A stretch of 64,000 bases of DNA from Calditrichia bacterium (GCA_963796965.1 CAWCNS010000004.1:864001-928000), one strand, 5' to 3'. Positions 1-12,221 are shown, counted from the first letter of the stretch. Numbers and translations: made by a program. The notes: a model not told the origin generated them from the sequence alone.

Positions 1-6
1 GTAAGT

Positions 7-293
7 ATGGCAGGTCTGTTAAAAAGGGGCCTTTTATAGATGAAAGTCTCCAAAAGAAGATTGAACAAATGAATAGCGAAAATAAAAAAGTGGTGGTTAA
101 GACCTGGTCTCGCCGGTCTACTATTCCACCGGATTTTGTCGGGCATACTATCGCTGTTCATAATGGAATTAAATTTATCCCTATTTATATCAGTGAAAAT
201 ATGGTAGGACATAAATTGGGTGAGTTTTCACCGACCCGTACCTTTCGCGGTCATGGTGGTAAATTAGCTGAGAGATTAAGTCGAATTAAGTAA
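7..293 (+). CDS. rpsS: 30S ribosomal protein S19
   Basis: KTWSRRSTI and [12 protein letters not shown] motifs; ATG at 7 reaches RSVKKGPF only with a 1-nt indel near the start (track ORF starts at 69). Confidence 0.97.
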
Positions 294-310
294 GTTATTG
301 GAGAAGTTTC

Positions 311-656
311 ATGCAGGCAATTGCAAAATCCAAATATATTAGAATGTCACGACGGAAAGTTAGTCGTGTTCTTGACCTGGTCAAGGGGATGTCCGTCAAC
401 GAGGCATTGAATGAATTACATTTTATGCATAAAATGCGCCACAGTTCCTATTGAAAAAGCAATTCACTCGGCCGTTGCAAATTTAGGAAATATTGAAGAA
501 GGCCAACGGATAGACCTCGAGGAAATCTTTATTGTTGAGGCTTTTGTTAATGAGGGTCCAACTCTAAAAAGATTCAGACCGATGTCGATGGGACGTGCTG
601 GTAAAATAAGAAAACGTACTTCTCATTTAACTGTAATTGTAGAAGATAGCAAGTAG
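311..656 (+). CDS. rplV: 50S ribosomal protein L22 (one apparent frameshift near 435)
   Basis: MQAIAKSKYIRMSRRK from ATG 311; C-terminal VNEGPTLKRFRP..GRAGKIRKRTSH; operon position. Confidence 0.96.
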
Positions 657-665
657 GAGATTAGT

Positions 666-1328
666 TTGGGTCAAAAAACAAATCCGATTGGATTGCGGTT
701 AGGGATCATCAAAACATGGAATAGTAATTGGTTTGATGAAAAAAATTTTGCAGGGAAATTACAAGAAGATCTTAAGATCAGAAAGTATGTCAGAAGCCGT
801 CTGGAAAACGCTGCGGTATCAAAAATAATGATTGAGCGGACAGCTAAGAAAATTATTTTGACCGTTCACACTGCTCGTCCGGGAATCGTGATAGGTAAGA
901 GAGGTTCCGAGGTTGATAAATTACGTGAGGAATTGAAGACTATTTCCGGCAAAGATGTGCAGATCAATATATCAGAGATTAAACGTCCGGAATTAGATGC
1001 CTATCTCGTTGCGCAAAATATAGCCAAGCAATTGGAAGGAAAGATCAGTTTTCGACGGGCTATGAAAAAGTCTATTACATCAACCATGCGTTTGGGAGCA
1101 CAGGGAATAAAAATTGTATGCTCGGGACGTCTTGGTGGCGCTGAAATGGCGCGAAGAGAAGAATATAAACAAGGACGAATTCCACTTCATACCTTGCGCG
1201 CAGATATTGATTATGCAACTTATACAGCGCACACGACTTATGGATGTATTGGAGTAAAAGTGTGGATCTTTAACGGTGAAGTCATCGGAAAAGTTAATAG
1301 GAGAGTTTGTTGTTATGTTAATGCCTAA
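666..1328 (+). CDS. rpsC: 30S ribosomal protein S3
   Basis: [34 protein letters not shown]; true stop probably near 1300 with an indel extending the ORF. Confidence 0.97.
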   Translation: MGQKTNPIGLRLGIIKTWNSNWFDEKNFAGKLQEDLKIRKYVRSRLENAAVSKIMIERTAKKIILTVHTARPGIVIGKRGSEVDKLREELKTISGKDVQINISEIKRPELDAYLVAQNIAKQLEGKISFRRAMKKSITSTMRLGAQGIKIVCSGRLGGAEMARREEYKQGRIPLHTLRADIDYATYTAHTTYGCIGVKVWIFNGEVIGKVNRRVCCYVNA

Positions 1329-1720
1329 AAGAGTAAAGTATCGGAAAAAGCAACGTGGATCACATGAAGGGCAATGCCCAGAAAGGCAATTACATTGCCT
1401 TTGGTCATTATGGATTAAAGGCTCTTGATTCTGCCTGGATTACCAGTCGACAGATAGAGGCTGCCCGTGTTGCGATGACACGATATATAAAAAGAGGTGG
1501 AAAAGTTTGGATCCGAATTTTCCCTGATAAGCCGGTGACCCAAAAGCCAGCAGAAACAAGGATGGGTAAAGGAAAAGGTGCACCAGAATATTGGGTAGCT
1601 GTTGTTAAGCCCGGACGAATTATGTTTGAGATTGAAGGTGTTCCTGAGGATATGGCGAAAGAGGCTATGCGACTGGCATCGCATAAATTGCCAATAAAAA
1701 CAAAGTTTGTAGTTCGATAG
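1315..1720 (+). CDS. rplP: 50S ribosomal protein L16 (frameshift near 1360)
   Basis: [15 protein letters not shown] from ATG 1315; [20 protein letters not shown]. Confidence 0.97.
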
Positions 1721-1737
1721 AGTTAGAAGGATTGATG

Positions 1738-1960
1738 ATGAAGAGCAAAGATGACATTATTGAGTTTGTCAGCGGAAGAATTGGATGCAAAGCTTATTGA
1801 ATTGCATGAAGAAATGGGGAATTTGCAATTGCAAAAGGCGACTCATCAGATTACAAATCCACTGCGAATTCGTCTTGTTCGCAGGGATATTGCACGGGTA
1901 AAGACATTAATTAGTGAGTATAAAATTGGTATCCGAAAGACAAACGTTGAAGAAAAATGA
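1738..1960 (+). CDS. rpmC: 50S ribosomal protein L29
   Basis: [17 protein letters not shown] motif; position between rplP and rpsQ; 5' end has an indel and is approximate. Confidence 0.92.
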
Positions 1961-1970
1961 TGGAAGAGAT

Positions 1971-2231
1971 ATGAAAGAAAGCCGAAGTATTAGAAAAACC
2001 AGAGTTGGCGAAGTCGTCAGTGATAAAATGGATAAATCGATCACAGTTGCTGTGAAACGAAGAGTAAAGCATCCGGTATATGGTAAATATATTTCGAAGA
2101 CGAGTAAACTCATGGCACATGATGAGAAAAATGACTGTCATGAAGGGGATACCGTCAAGATAATGGAAACCAGGCCTTTGAGCAGAAGTAAACGTTGGCG
2201 TTTGGTTGAAGTGGTTGAGAGAAAGAAATAA
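1971..2231 (+). CDS. rpsQ: 30S ribosomal protein S17
   Basis: [31 protein letters not shown]. Confidence 0.97.
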   Translation: MKESRSIRKTRVGEVVSDKMDKSITVAVKRRVKHPVYGKYISKTSKLMAHDEKNDCHEGDTVKIMETRPLSRSKRWRLVEVVERKK

Positions 2232-2255
2232 TAATTCTATCAAGGGATTTAAGAA

Positions 2256-2624
2256 ATGATACAGGAATATACCAGATTGACCGTTGCAGATAATTCAGGT
2301 GCAAAAAGTGTTATGTGTATTCGATTACTCGGCGGATCGAAGAAAAGATATGCTTCAGTTGGCGACATTATGGTTGTATCGGTAAAAAATGCGATTCCAG
2401 GGGGAGCGGTAAAAAAAGGAGAAGTTTCCCGCGCTGTAATTGTACGCACAGCAAAAGAGATCCGCAGAGAAGATGGATCGTATATCCGATTTGATGAGAA
2501 TGCAGCAGTTTTGATTGATAATCAGGATGAACCTCGTGGAACACGTATTTTTGGACCGGTGGCAAGGGAACTACGCGAGAAAGAGTTTATGAAAATTGTG
2601 TCACTGGCCCCTGAAGTATTATAA
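2256..2624 (+). CDS. rplN: 50S ribosomal protein L14
   Basis: [30 protein letters not shown]. Confidence 0.99.
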   Translation: MIQEYTRLTVADNSGAKSVMCIRLLGGSKKRYASVGDIMVVSVKNAIPGGAVKKGEVSRAVIVRTAKEIRREDGSYIRFDENAAVLIDNQDEPRGTRIFGPVARELREKEFMKIVSLAPEVL

Positions 2625-2639
2625 TGTAGGAAGGTTACA

Positions 2640-2954
2640 ATGCGCATCGTAAAAAATGATACAGTAAAAGTGTTAAGCGGAAAATATAACGGAAAAACCG
2701 GTAAAGTTTTAAAGGTGTTTCCGGATGAAGACCGCGTGATTGTTGAAGGTGTTAATATTATTAAAAAACATACCAAGCCCTCGCAAAAAAATCAGCAGGG
2801 TGGTATTGTTGAAAAGGAAGCATCAATCCACGTTTCAAACGTTATGGTTATTGATCCTAAGACAAGTGAGCCGACCAGAATTGGATATAAATATCTGGAA
2901 GATGGCTCAAAGGTGAGGATTAGTAAAAAAAGCGGTGAAATGCTGGGCAGTTAA
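2640..2954 (+). CDS. rplX: 50S ribosomal protein L24
   Basis: KOW-like start, [22 protein letters not shown]. Confidence 0.98.
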   Translation: MRIVKNDTVKVLSGKYNGKTGKVLKVFPDEDRVIVEGVNIIKKHTKPSQKNQQGGIVEKEASIHVSNVMVIDPKTSEPTRIGYKYLEDGSKVRISKKSGEMLGS

Positions 2955-2971
2955 GGTAGAAGAGGATTTAA

Positions 2972-3523
2972 ATGGCTGATTATCAGATAAGGACAAAGGA
3001 CAAATACGAGAAAGAAGTCGTACCGCATTTGATGAAGAAATTTGGGTATAAGAATATAAATGAAGTACCTAGGTTACTGAAAATATCCCTGAATATGGGT
3101 GTGGGCGATGGAAAGCAGGATCCTAAACTCCTTGAAAATGCAATAAATGATCTTACGATCATTTCCGGTCAAAAACCGGCGAGAACCAAAGCAAAAAAAG
3201 CTATATCAAATTTTAAATTGCGTGCGGGTATGGATATTGGTTGCCGGGTGACCCTTCGAAGAAAAATGATGTTTGAGTTTTTGGATAGGTTTATTTCAAT
3301 TGCTGTACCCCGAATCAGGGATTTTAGGGGGCTAGCCGACAGTTCTTTTGACGGTAGAGGCAATTACTCCATGGGTGTAAAAGAGCAAATTATTTTTCCT
3401 GAAATTAATGTGGACAAGATTGACAGGATACAAGGTCTTGATGTAACCATCGTAACAAGTGCAAAGTCAGATGAAGAAGCATTTGAATTATTGAAATCAT
3501 TCGGAATGCCGTTTAAAAAGTAA
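2972..3523 (+). CDS. rplE: 50S ribosomal protein L5
   Basis: [33 protein letters not shown]. Confidence 0.99.
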   Translation: MADYQIRTKDKYEKEVVPHLMKKFGYKNINEVPRLLKISLNMGVGDGKQDPKLLENAINDLTIISGQKPARTKAKKAISNFKLRAGMDIGCRVTLRRKMMFEFLDRFISIAVPRIRDFRGLADSSFDGRGNYSMGVKEQIIFPEINVDKIDRIQGLDVTIVTSAKSDEEAFELLKSFGMPFKK

Positions 3524-3545
3524 GCTTAAAAGTTAGAGGTGCGAG

Positions 3546-3731
3546 TTGGCGAAGAAAAGTTTAATTGTTAAGACAAATAGAAAAAAGAAGTTTTCAGTAC
3601 GGGAGTATAGTCGTTGTAAACGATGTGGAAGGCCACGTGCTTATTTAAGAAAATTTGGTCTTTGTCGCATTTGTTTTCGCGAATTGGCCCTGTCAGGTGA
3701 AATACCCGGTATTACCAAGGCAAGCTGGTAG
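3546..3731 (+). CDS. rpsN: 30S ribosomal protein S14, short zinc-binding (type Z) form
   Basis: 61 aa with CKRC...CRIC and C-terminal GITKASW. Confidence 0.97.
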   Translation: MAKKSLIVKTNRKKKFSVREYSRCKRCGRPRAYLRKFGLCRICFRELALSGEIPGITKASW

Positions 3732-3752
3732 AAAAAAAGGAGCAAATCTATA

Positions 3753-4151
3753 ATGTCTGTTAGTGATCCAATTGCAGATTATTTAACTATCATTAGAAAT
3801 GGTAGTTCTGCAGGTTTTAACTATGTCGATGTACCTGCCTCAAAAATAAAACGACAAATAACCCGTGTGCTTTATGCGCAAGGATTTGTTAAACGTTTTA
3901 TCTTGATAGAAGACGGTCTTCAGGGATTAGTTAGGATCTGGCTAAAATATGATTCAGAGGGAAAACCCATTATTAATACAATTAAGAGAGTTAGCACGCC
4001 CGGTAGAAGAGAATATGTTGACTCTAATAATCTGCCGCGGGTACGTAACAATCTGGGCATTGCAATACTGACCACGCCCAAAGGAATAATGACTTCGCAA
4101 GAGGCTGCAAGGAATAATGTTGGCGGTGAAGTACTTTGCCTGGTCTGGTAA
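3753..4151 (+). CDS. rpsH: 30S ribosomal protein S8
   Basis: DPIADYLT.IRN, RVSTPGRR.Y, GGEVLCLVW. Confidence 0.98.
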   Translation: MSVSDPIADYLTIIRNGSSAGFNYVDVPASKIKRQITRVLYAQGFVKRFILIEDGLQGLVRIWLKYDSEGKPIINTIKRVSTPGRREYVDSNNLPRVRNNLGIAILTTPKGIMTSQEAARNNVGGEVLCLVW

Positions 4152-4175
4152 TTTGAAGTAAAAGGAGAAGTTAAA

Positions 4176-4712
4176 GTGTCGCGTATAGGAAAATTACCAA
4201 TAACAATACCGGATAAAGTTGAAATAAACCTTAATAACAATTTTGTGAGTTGTAAGGGCCCTAAGGGGGAATTAACCCGGCAGCTGCATCAGGAGATGAA
4301 TATTGAGGTTCAAGACAATGAGATTACGGTTACGCGTCCTACAGATAACAAAGAGCATCGAGCGTTACACGGTTTGACCCGCTCACTCTTAGCGAATATG
4401 GTAGAGGGCGTCTCTTCAGGCTTTTCCAGGAAGCTGGAAATTATAGGTGTAGGGTATAAAGCAGAAATGAATGGAAATAATCTGGTTCTCACGGTAGGGT
4501 ATTCACATCCGATAGTGATGAATTTGCCTGAGACGATAACCACGACTGTGCCAACGCCAAATGAAATAATAGTTGAAGGCGCTGATAAAGAACTTGTAGG
4601 AATGATTGCATCAAAAATCCGCGGATTTAGAAAACCAGAACCTTATAAAGGTAAAGGTATTCGATATTCCGGTGAATATGTGCGTCGGAAAGCCGGTAAA
4701 ACCGGAGCATAA
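4176..4712 (+). CDS. rplF: 50S ribosomal protein L6
   Basis: [22 protein letters not shown]. Confidence 0.99.
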   Translation: MSRIGKLPITIPDKVEINLNNNFVSCKGPKGELTRQLHQEMNIEVQDNEITVTRPTDNKEHRALHGLTRSLLANMVEGVSSGFSRKLEIIGVGYKAEMNGNNLVLTVGYSHPIVMNLPETITTTVPTPNEIIVEGADKELVGMIASKIRGFRKPEPYKGKGIRYSGEYVRRKAGKTGA

Positions 4713-4738
4713 TTAAAACCATTAAGGACAGAAGGATA

Positions 4739-5068
4739 ATGGGAAAGATAAAAGTTAAAATACATGGTACTAACCAAAGGCCACGACTGGTTGTATTCAG
4801 AAGTTTGAAATACATTTATGGTCAATTAATTGATGATGATCAGCATAAAATAATTTTGACCTCATCAAATGTTGGAAAAAAAGTGCCGAAAAATTTAAAA
4901 GATGCTAAAAATAAAATAGAAGCCAGTAAAGAGGTCGGAAAATTACTAGCAGAGTCAGCGGTGAAAAAAAAGATTGACGAAGTAGTTTTTGACCGCAATG
5001 GATATCTCTATCATGGTCGCATTAAAGCATTTGCAGATGGTGCCCGTGAAGGTGGATTAAAATTCTAA
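4739..5068 (+). CDS. rplR: 50S ribosomal protein L18 (5' end uncertain)
   Basis: GT..RPRLVVFRS, VVFDRNGYLYHGRIKA.ADGAREGGLKF. Confidence 0.96.
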   Translation: MGKIKVKIHGTNQRPRLVVFRSLKYIYGQLIDDDQHKIILTSSNVGKKVPKNLKDAKNKIEASKEVGKLLAESAVKKKIDEVVFDRNGYLYHGRIKAFADGAREGGLKF

Positions 5069-5084
5069 ATAAAGGAGTAAAAGG

Positions 5085-5593
5085 TTGGTTGAAAAGATTA
5101 ATCCTACTGAATTAGATCTTAAAGAAAAAGTAGTCCATATAAATCGCGTGGCGAAGGTTGTAAAGGGTGGTCGGCGATTTTCATTTAATGCCATTGTTGT
5201 GGTAGGAGATGGTAGTGGTCATGTCGGTATTGGACTAGGTAAAGCGACGTGAGGTAACAGGTGCAATCGCAAAAGGTACCGAGCAAGCTAAAAAGAATGT
5301 CTACAGAGTACCCCTTAACAGGTGGCACAATACCGCATCCAGTGGTATCTAAATATGGTGCAGGGCGGGTTTTACTTAAACCAGCCTCTCCGGGAACAGG
5401 CGTAATTGCAGGTGGTCCGGTCCGTGCCATATGTGAAGCTGTAGGTATTCAGGATATTTTAACAAAATCTCTTGGCTCGTCAAATCCGCATAATGTTGTA
5501 AAAGCGACATTTAACGCATTGGTCTCATTGATGGATGCGGATCAGCAGGCAAAAAAGAGAGGTATTACTGTACCTCAGTTATTAAATGGATAA
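5085..5593 (+). CDS. rpsE: 30S ribosomal protein S5 (two apparent frameshifts)
   Basis: TTG 5085 gives [17 protein letters not shown]-part [23 protein letters not shown]. Confidence 0.96.
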
Positions 5594-5617
5594 ATTAACT
5601 GATCAGGATGTTTTAAA

Positions 5618-5816
5618 ATGGCGCAGAAAAAATATCAAGAAATAAAAATAACACAAATTCGTAGTACTATTCACCGACCGACCAATCAAAAAAGAACAAT
5701 TGAAGCATTGGGATTACGTCGGATGAATCATCAGTGTCATCCATGAAGCAACACCACAAATATTAGGGATGGCTAATAAAGTCAGACACTTGGTACGAGT
5801 AGAAGAAGTGAAATAG
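5618..5816 (+). CDS. rpmD: 50S ribosomal protein L30 (frameshifted; not in ORF track)
   Basis: Manual translation gives KITQIRSTI..QKRTIEALGLRRMN and TPQILGMANKVRHLV.VEEV; position between rpsE and rplO. Confidence 0.9.
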
Positions 5817-5824
5817 GGGATATA

Positions 5825-6265
5825 ATGGATTTAAGTAAATTAAAGCCAGCAGATGGTGCGCGGAAAAATAGAAAACGTGTTGGACGAGGTGAAGGATCTG
5901 GCCTGGCTGTAACAGCCGGACGAGGAAATAAAGGATATGGATCCAGAGCTGGTTCAAAAAAACGGAGCTGGTTTGAAGGTGGTCAGATGCCTATCCAAAG
6001 ACGTTTGCCAAAATTTGGATTTACAAATATTCATAGAAAAGAATTTCAGGTTGTAAATGTTGCAGATCTTGAAAAACTGAAGAAAAAAGATAATATTACA
6101 CCTGAAATTCTATATGAAAATGGTCTTATTCGGAAAGAAGACGTTGCCGTAAAATTACTGGGTAATGGTGAGTTGAAATCAAAAGTCAATATTACGGTTA
6201 ATGCTGTTAGTAAAACTGCACAGGAGAAGATTGAAAAACAGGGAGGCAGTGTTACGCTATCATGA
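5825..6265 (+). CDS. rplO: 50S ribosomal protein L15
   Basis: KRVGRGEGSG, FEGGQMPIQRRLPKFGF. Confidence 0.99.
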   Translation: MDLSKLKPADGARKNRKRVGRGEGSGLAVTAGRGNKGYGSRAGSKKRSWFEGGQMPIQRRLPKFGFTNIHRKEFQVVNVADLEKLKKKDNITPEILYENGLIRKEDVAVKLLGNGELKSKVNITVNAVSKTAQEKIEKQGGSVTLS

Positions 6266-7592
6266 TATTAAACACTCTTAGAAATGTATTTAAAATCGCA
6301 GAATTAAGAAAGCGAATTCTTTTCACACTTATGATTCTTGCTATCGAGAGAATTGGTACACTGGTTGTTACACCGGGTATTGATACAGCGGTTCTGGCAG
6401 AAGGATTCAGACAATTACAAGGTACTTTGTTTGGTTTATATGATCTTTTTGCCGGTGGTGCTTTTGGCCGTGCGGCGGTTTTTGGCTTGGTATTATGCCT
6501 TATATCAGTGCCTCAATTATAATTCAGTTGCTGGGTCGGTTATTCCATTTTTTCAGAAATTGCAGAAAGAAGGTGAAGAAGGCCGAAAAAAAATCACGCA
6601 ATATACCAGATATGGAACGTTGTTTATTTCGGCAATGCAGGCATATGGTGTTGCAATCTTTTTACAAAGTATTCAATTAGCAAATGGCTTGCGTGCAGTA
6701 CCAGATCCGGGATTGGCTTTTATATTGATAACAATGATTTCAATGTCAACTGGTACAATGCTAATAATGTGGTTAGGAGAGCAAATTGATGACCGTGGTA
6801 TCGGAAATGGTATTTCACTAATAATTTTTATTGGTATTATATGCGAGCTTACCAAGTGCCTTATTGGAAGAATACACACAGTTTTCCAGTGGACAACGTG
6901 GATTATTGTCTGAGATTTTGTTGTTAGCATTGGCGCTGGGAATTATGTATGTTATTGTATTGATAACTCAGGGAACACGAAGAATACCGATTCAATATGC
7001 AAAACGAGTGGTGGGACGAAAAGTCTATGGTGGTGTAAATACACATTTTCCAATGCGAGTAAACACAGCAGGTGTAATGCCAATTATTTTTGCCCAGGCA
7101 ATTATGTTTGTTCCAAGTACAGTTATTACATTTTTCCCTGAAAGTGAATTCATGGATACCGTTCAACGTTTATTTTCTTATGATTCATGGTTCTATTGGA
7201 TTCTTTATGGTGTGATGGTTGTATTTTTTACTTATTTTTATACAGCAATCGCAATGAATCCGGTAGATGTGGCAGATAATTTGAAAAAACAAGGTGGTTT
7301 TATTCCTGGTGTTCGTCCAGGTAAAAAAACATCAGAATTTCTGGATAATATTTTAACCAGAATAACCTTGCCAGGTTCAATATTTCTAGCAATTGTGGCA
7401 ATTATTCCGGCATTTTTAGCGAAATATTTTAAAATCCCATATAGTCTGGCTTCATTTTTTGGAGGTACAGGATTGCTGATTATTGTTGGTGTGGCATTGG
7501 ATTTTCTACAGCAAATTGAATCGCATTTATTTATGCGTCACTATGATGGATTTATGAAATCTGGTAAGATTAAAGGTCGAAGAGGTCTATAA
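6262..7592 (+). CDS. secY: Preprotein translocase subunit SecY (split by two apparent frameshifts)
   Basis: MPYISASII, GIGNGISLIIF, AGVMPIIFA, IPGVRPGK, FGGTGLLIIVGV across three frames. Confidence 0.97.
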
Positions 7593-7599
7593 ATAACAG

Positions 7600-8353
7600 A
7601 TGATCTATCTAAAAAATAATGATGAAATTGAACGAATTAGGGAAAGTAATCAAATCGTTGCAGAAACGTTCAATACATATAAAAGATTTTATTAAGCTCC
7701 GGGAGTTTCAACCGGAGAGATTGATAAAGAAATTGAAAACTTTATCTGAAAGCAAAAAAGCAAAACCGGCTTTTAAAGGATTATATGGTTTTCCGGCTAG
7801 CGTCATGTATTTCGATACAGGATGAAGTTGTACACGGTATTCCTTCTTTTAAAAGGAAACTTAAAGAAGGAGAAATTGTCGGTATTGATATCGGTGTGGA
7901 GTTGAACGGTTTTTTTGGAGATGCTGCCTATACCTTTAAAGTAGACAAAGTTGATGAAGAAATTGAAAAATTGTTAACTGTTACTGAGGAAAGTCTGTAT
8001 CTTGGAATTGAGCAGTTAATGGCAGATAAAAGAATTGGCGATATTGGTCATGCTATTCAATCGCATGTTGAAAAAAATAATTTTAGTGTCGTGCGGGATC
8101 TGGTTGGACATGGTGTCGGTCGAAAACCACATGAAGATCCACAGGTTCCAAATTATGGTCAACCAGATAAGGGGATTAAATTAAGGGCAGGAATGGTTCT
8201 GGCTATAGAGCCAATGGTAAATATGGGAAGTTATGAAGTATATTTTGCGGAAGATGAATGGACGGTTAAAACGAAAGATGGATTACCTTCAGCACATTTT
8301 GAACATTCGGTGGCGATAACTGAAAATGGTCCGGATATTTTATCAAAATATAA
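7600..8353 (+). CDS. map: Type I methionine aminopeptidase (frameshifted)
   Basis: ATG 7600 MIYLKN..EIE; VVHGIP, GHGVG..HEDP, AIEPM, SAHFEHSV; track ORF runs into infA through an indel. Confidence 0.95.
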
Positions 8354-8366
8354 GCGTGGAGTGATT

Positions 8367-8586
8367 TTGGCAAAAGAAGAAGCCATAAAAATTGATGGGG
8401 TTATTAAAGAAACATTACCAAATGCTACATTTATTGTTGATACTTGATAATGGTCATGAAGTGCTGGCTCATATTTCCGGAAAAATGCGAATGCATTTTA
8501 TAAAAATATTACCAGGTGATAAAGTGAGTTTGGAATTATCTCCCTATGATTTAACACGCGGACGAATTATTTATCGATATAAATAG
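8367..8586 (+). CDS. infA: Translation initiation factor IF-1 (frameshifted)
   Basis: TTG 8367 [49 protein letters not shown]. Confidence 0.96.
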
Positions 8587-8617
8587 CAGTATAAATTTTG
8601 AATTAACAGGGATAGAC

Positions 8618-8734
8618 ATGAAAGTTCAGGCATCAGTAAAAAAGATATGTGATGGGTGTAAAATAATACGCCGTCGAGGTGTTGTTAGAGTCATTTGTAG
8701 TAAAAACCCAAAACATAAACAACGACAAGGTTAG
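8618..8734 (+). CDS. rpmJ: 50S ribosomal protein L36
   Basis: Manual translation [38 protein letters not shown]. Confidence 0.97.
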   Translation: MKVQASVKKICDGCKIIRRRGVVRVICSKNPKHKQRQG

Positions 8735-8749
8735 AAAGAGGAGGCGATC

Positions 8750-9117
8750 TTGGCACGTATAGCAGGTGTAGATTTACCAAAAAATAAACGAGTAGTTATC
8801 GGTTTAACTTATATATATGGTATTGGCAAAACAAATGCTCAAAAAATTTGTTCAGAAGCAAGAGTCGATGAAAATATTCGGGTAAATAAATTTCGATGAA
8901 GAACAGGTAAAAGCAATTCGTACAATTATTCAGACCGCTCATAAAGTTGAAGGTGCGCTCAAAGCTGAAATTAATATGAATATTAAACGATTGATGGATA
9001 TTAGTAGTTACCGTGGATACCGTCATCGCAGGGGATTACCCTGTCATGGCCAGAGAACTAAAACAAATGCCCGAACCCGAAAAGGCCGAAAACGTTTAAT
9101 TAGCGGCTAAGAAATAG
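8750..9117 (+). CDS. rpsM: 30S ribosomal protein S13 (frameshifted; not in track)
   Basis: TTG 8750 [46 protein letters not shown]; end approximate. Confidence 0.95.
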
Positions 9118-9144
9118 TATAAAAAGTATAGCAGGAGGAATATT

Positions 9145-9537
9145 TTGGCTGCACCAAAAGCGCGAAGAAAAACAAAAAAGAAAGAAAAAGTGGAAGCACA
9201 TGGAAAAGCCCATATTAAAGCAACATTTAATAATACAATTATCACTTTAGCTGATACTTATGGAAATACAATCTCATGGGCATCAGCGGGTCGGGCTGGT
9301 TTTAAGGGTTCACGAAAAAATACACCATTTGCTGCACAGATTGCTGCTGAAGGAGCGGCAAAAGAAGCAATGGATATGGGTTTAATGCGTGTGGATGTTG
9401 AAGTTAAAGGGCCCGGGTGCAGGACGTGAAGCGGCAATACGATCCTTCAGGCAGCTGGTCTGGAAATAGTATCAATCAAAGATGTAACACCAATACCACA
9501 TAATGGATGTCGTCCTCCGAAAAGAAGACGAGTTTAA
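9145..9537 (+). CDS. rpsK: 30S ribosomal protein S11 (frameshifted near 3' end)
   Basis: [41 protein letters not shown] in a downstream frame. Confidence 0.96.
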
Positions 9538-9559
9538 ATATAAATATGGAGTAAATTGA

Positions 9560-10194
9560 ATGGCACGTCATACAGGACCAGTTTGTAAATTATGTAGAAG
9601 AGAGGGTGAAAAACTCTTCCTTAAAGGAAGCCGATGTGTTACGGTTAAATGTTCATTTGAAAAAAAGAGTTATGCGCCTGGCCAGCATGGTGTTTCACAA
9701 AGAGTAAAATTATCTGAATATGGAATTCAGCTCAGAGAAAAACAAAAAGTTCGCAGAATTTATGGTATACTTGAAAAACAATTCCGTAATTATTTCGCAA
9801 AATGCAGATCGGTTAAAAGGTGTTACAGGAGAAAATCTCCTGCGTCTTATTGGAAAGTCGTCTTGATAATACTATTTATAGGCTAGGATTTGCTCAATCA
9901 AGAAAACAGGCCAGACAATTGGTCCGGCATCGTCATTTTACTGTAAATGGAAGACTTGGTTGATATACCTTCTTTTCTCTTAAAGCCAGGTGATATAATT
10001 TCAGTAAGAGAAAAAAGCAAAAAACTATCTAGTCTTACATGATTCAATGAGAAAAATTCGTGATGAAGATATGTATCCCTGGTTGCAACTTAGAAAAGGC
10101 ACAAATCGAGGGTACATTTGTGGATTGGCCGAACAGAGAAGATATTCCGATACAGGTTCAGGAAAACTTGATTGTTGAATTATATTCAAAATAA
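9560..10194 (+). CDS. rpsD: 30S ribosomal protein S4 (multiple frameshifts)
   Basis: [37 protein letters not shown], terminal LIVELYSK. Confidence 0.95.
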
Positions 10195-10225
10195 GAACTA
10201 TAATATAAAAGAGATAGGAAATTTG

Positions 10226-11213
10226 ATGAGCTGGACTAATTTTCAAATGCCAGACCGAATCGAATTAGATGAACAAAACTACACAAATACATTCGGTCGT
10301 TTTTTTGTTTATCCACTTGAAAAAGGATTTGGTGTCACAATTGGAAATATGTTTCGCCGGGTTTTATTATCATCATTACATGGTGCCGCGATAACGCACT
10401 TCGAATCGATGATATTCAACACGAATTTTCAACAGTCCCAGGTGTTTATGAAGATGTTGCCGAATTGATACTGAATCTAAAACAGGTGAGAATTAAATTG
10501 CTTAATAAGAAAGCTGAAAAAGTAACCATACCGGTTCAAGGTCCTGGTGATTTGACCGCTGGTGATATTCAGAAACATACGGCCGATTTTGAGGTGTTAA
10601 ATCCTGATCTCAAGTTGATCACTTTAAATGAAGATGCAAATTTTGAAATGGAGTTTAGAATTGGCAAAGGTCGAGGATATGTTCCTGCAGAAGAGAATAA
10701 AATTCCAGATCAGCCAATTGGGTTAATTCCAATCGATGCGATATATTCACCAATATTAAATGTGAAATATCTTGTTGAAAATACACGTGTTGGCCAACGT
10801 ACTGATTTTGAAAAATTAATTCTGGAGATTGAAACTGATGGAAGTATTACACCGGATGATGCACTGACGTATAGTGGGAAAATTCTGAAAGATCATATTC
10901 AGCTGTTTATCAATTTTGATATTGAACCAGAAGAAGAAGAAACAAGTGAAATCGATGAAGAAATGCTTCGTGTAAAAAAATTGCTTAAGATGAGTGTTGA
11001 TGAACTTGGAATTATCTGTTCGTTCTCATAATTGTTTAAAAGCAGCAAGTATTAAAACCATTGGTGATTTGGTACATCGTGATGAACAGGAAATGCTTAC
11101 GTTTTAGAAATTTTGGCCGTAAATCTTTAACAGAACTAAATAAAATTCTTGAAGAACGAGGCCTTCATTTCGGAATGAACATTGAAAAATATTTAAAAAG
11201 TGATGAGAAGTAA
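10226..11213 (+). CDS. rpoA: RNA polymerase alpha subunit (multiple frameshifts)
   Basis: [40 protein letters not shown]; alpha-CTD fragments [10 protein letters not shown] and [10 protein letters not shown]. Confidence 0.96.
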
Positions 11214-11238
11214 CACGGCTTTTTGAGAAGAGGATAAA

Positions 11239-11939
11239 ATGCGACATAGAATAAAAGGGCGAAAGCTAAACAGAACTGCCAGCCATAAAAAAGCAATGCT
11301 AAGAAATTTGGCTAATCAGTTATTTGAACATAAAGAAATACGAACAACAACTGCTAAAGCAAAAGAAGCGAGACCAACGGTAGAGCGACTTGATAACCTA
11401 TGCGAAAAAAGGTGATTTACATCATAGAAGATTGGCATTTAGCTTTTTAAGACAAAAGTCTGCCATAAAAATGTTGTTTGATGAAATTGCACCGACTTTT
11501 GATGATAGGCAGGGTGGCTATACCCGAGTTATTAAATTAGGTCGTCGATTGGGAGATGGCGCACCTATGTCTATTCTTCAGCTTGTCGGATTTGAAACCT
11601 TAGGTGAGACTGTAAAAAAGGAAACAAAGAAAAAAACGAAGAAAAAAGCAGTAAAACCAGAGGATGAAGTAAACGTTGCTGACGAGAAGGCAAAATCTGC
11701 CACAGTGCCTGCCGTGGAAGAGGAATCTGAAGAAGTCTCCACAGCCAGAGATTATCCAATCTAAGGAAACGGATGTTCAGGAGCCAGAGTTAGTAGCAGA
11801 AGAGAAATCTATTCCGGAGGAAATCGTAAAAGAGGATACCCCTGCCAAAAGCGAAAAAGCTGAGGTCAGGGAGGATGAGCCGGAAGAAGAGAAAAAATCA
11901 GATAATTCTGAAGATTCAGAATCAGATAAAAAGAAATAA
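11239..11939 (+). CDS. rplQ: 50S ribosomal protein L17 with long Lys/Glu-rich C-terminal extension (frameshifted)
   Basis: ATG 11239 [39 protein letters not shown]. Confidence 0.95.
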
Positions 11940-11943
11940 ATAT

Positions 11944-11971
11944 AAGGCGGTCTTGAACCGCCTTTTTTTTT
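11944..11971 (+). terminator. Rho-independent terminator of the ribosomal superoperon
   Basis: AAGGCGGT-cttga-ACCGCCTT hairpin followed by a T tract. Confidence 0.9.
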
Positions 11972-12221
11972 ACCTTCTCAAATTCTCATAATCCATCTCT
12001 ATCATTAGTTTTCATCTAAGTATTTTTTAATTCTATCTTCCCTTAGTATTTATTTGAATTTTGGATTATTTTCTTTCCAAACCTTCTTTCCCAACACACG
12101 ATATTGTATTTATTTTTTTAACATCAAGTTAAAGACTAAAGATTGATGTAAATACAAATGTTGCAAAATGATCAGGGTTTTATAAATTTATATCAATTAA
12201 ATATTAAAAAAACAGGATGAT

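Noticed and set aside
7785..8447. Map-IF1 fusion protein
   Set aside because: A single indel near 8350 removes the map stop; infA has its own RBS-like GGAG and TTG start
7..11939. Pseudogenisation or programmed frameshifting of ribosomal genes, secY and rpoA
   Set aside because: These genes are essential and their sequence is conserved on both sides of each break; scattered 1-nt indels fit sequencing error
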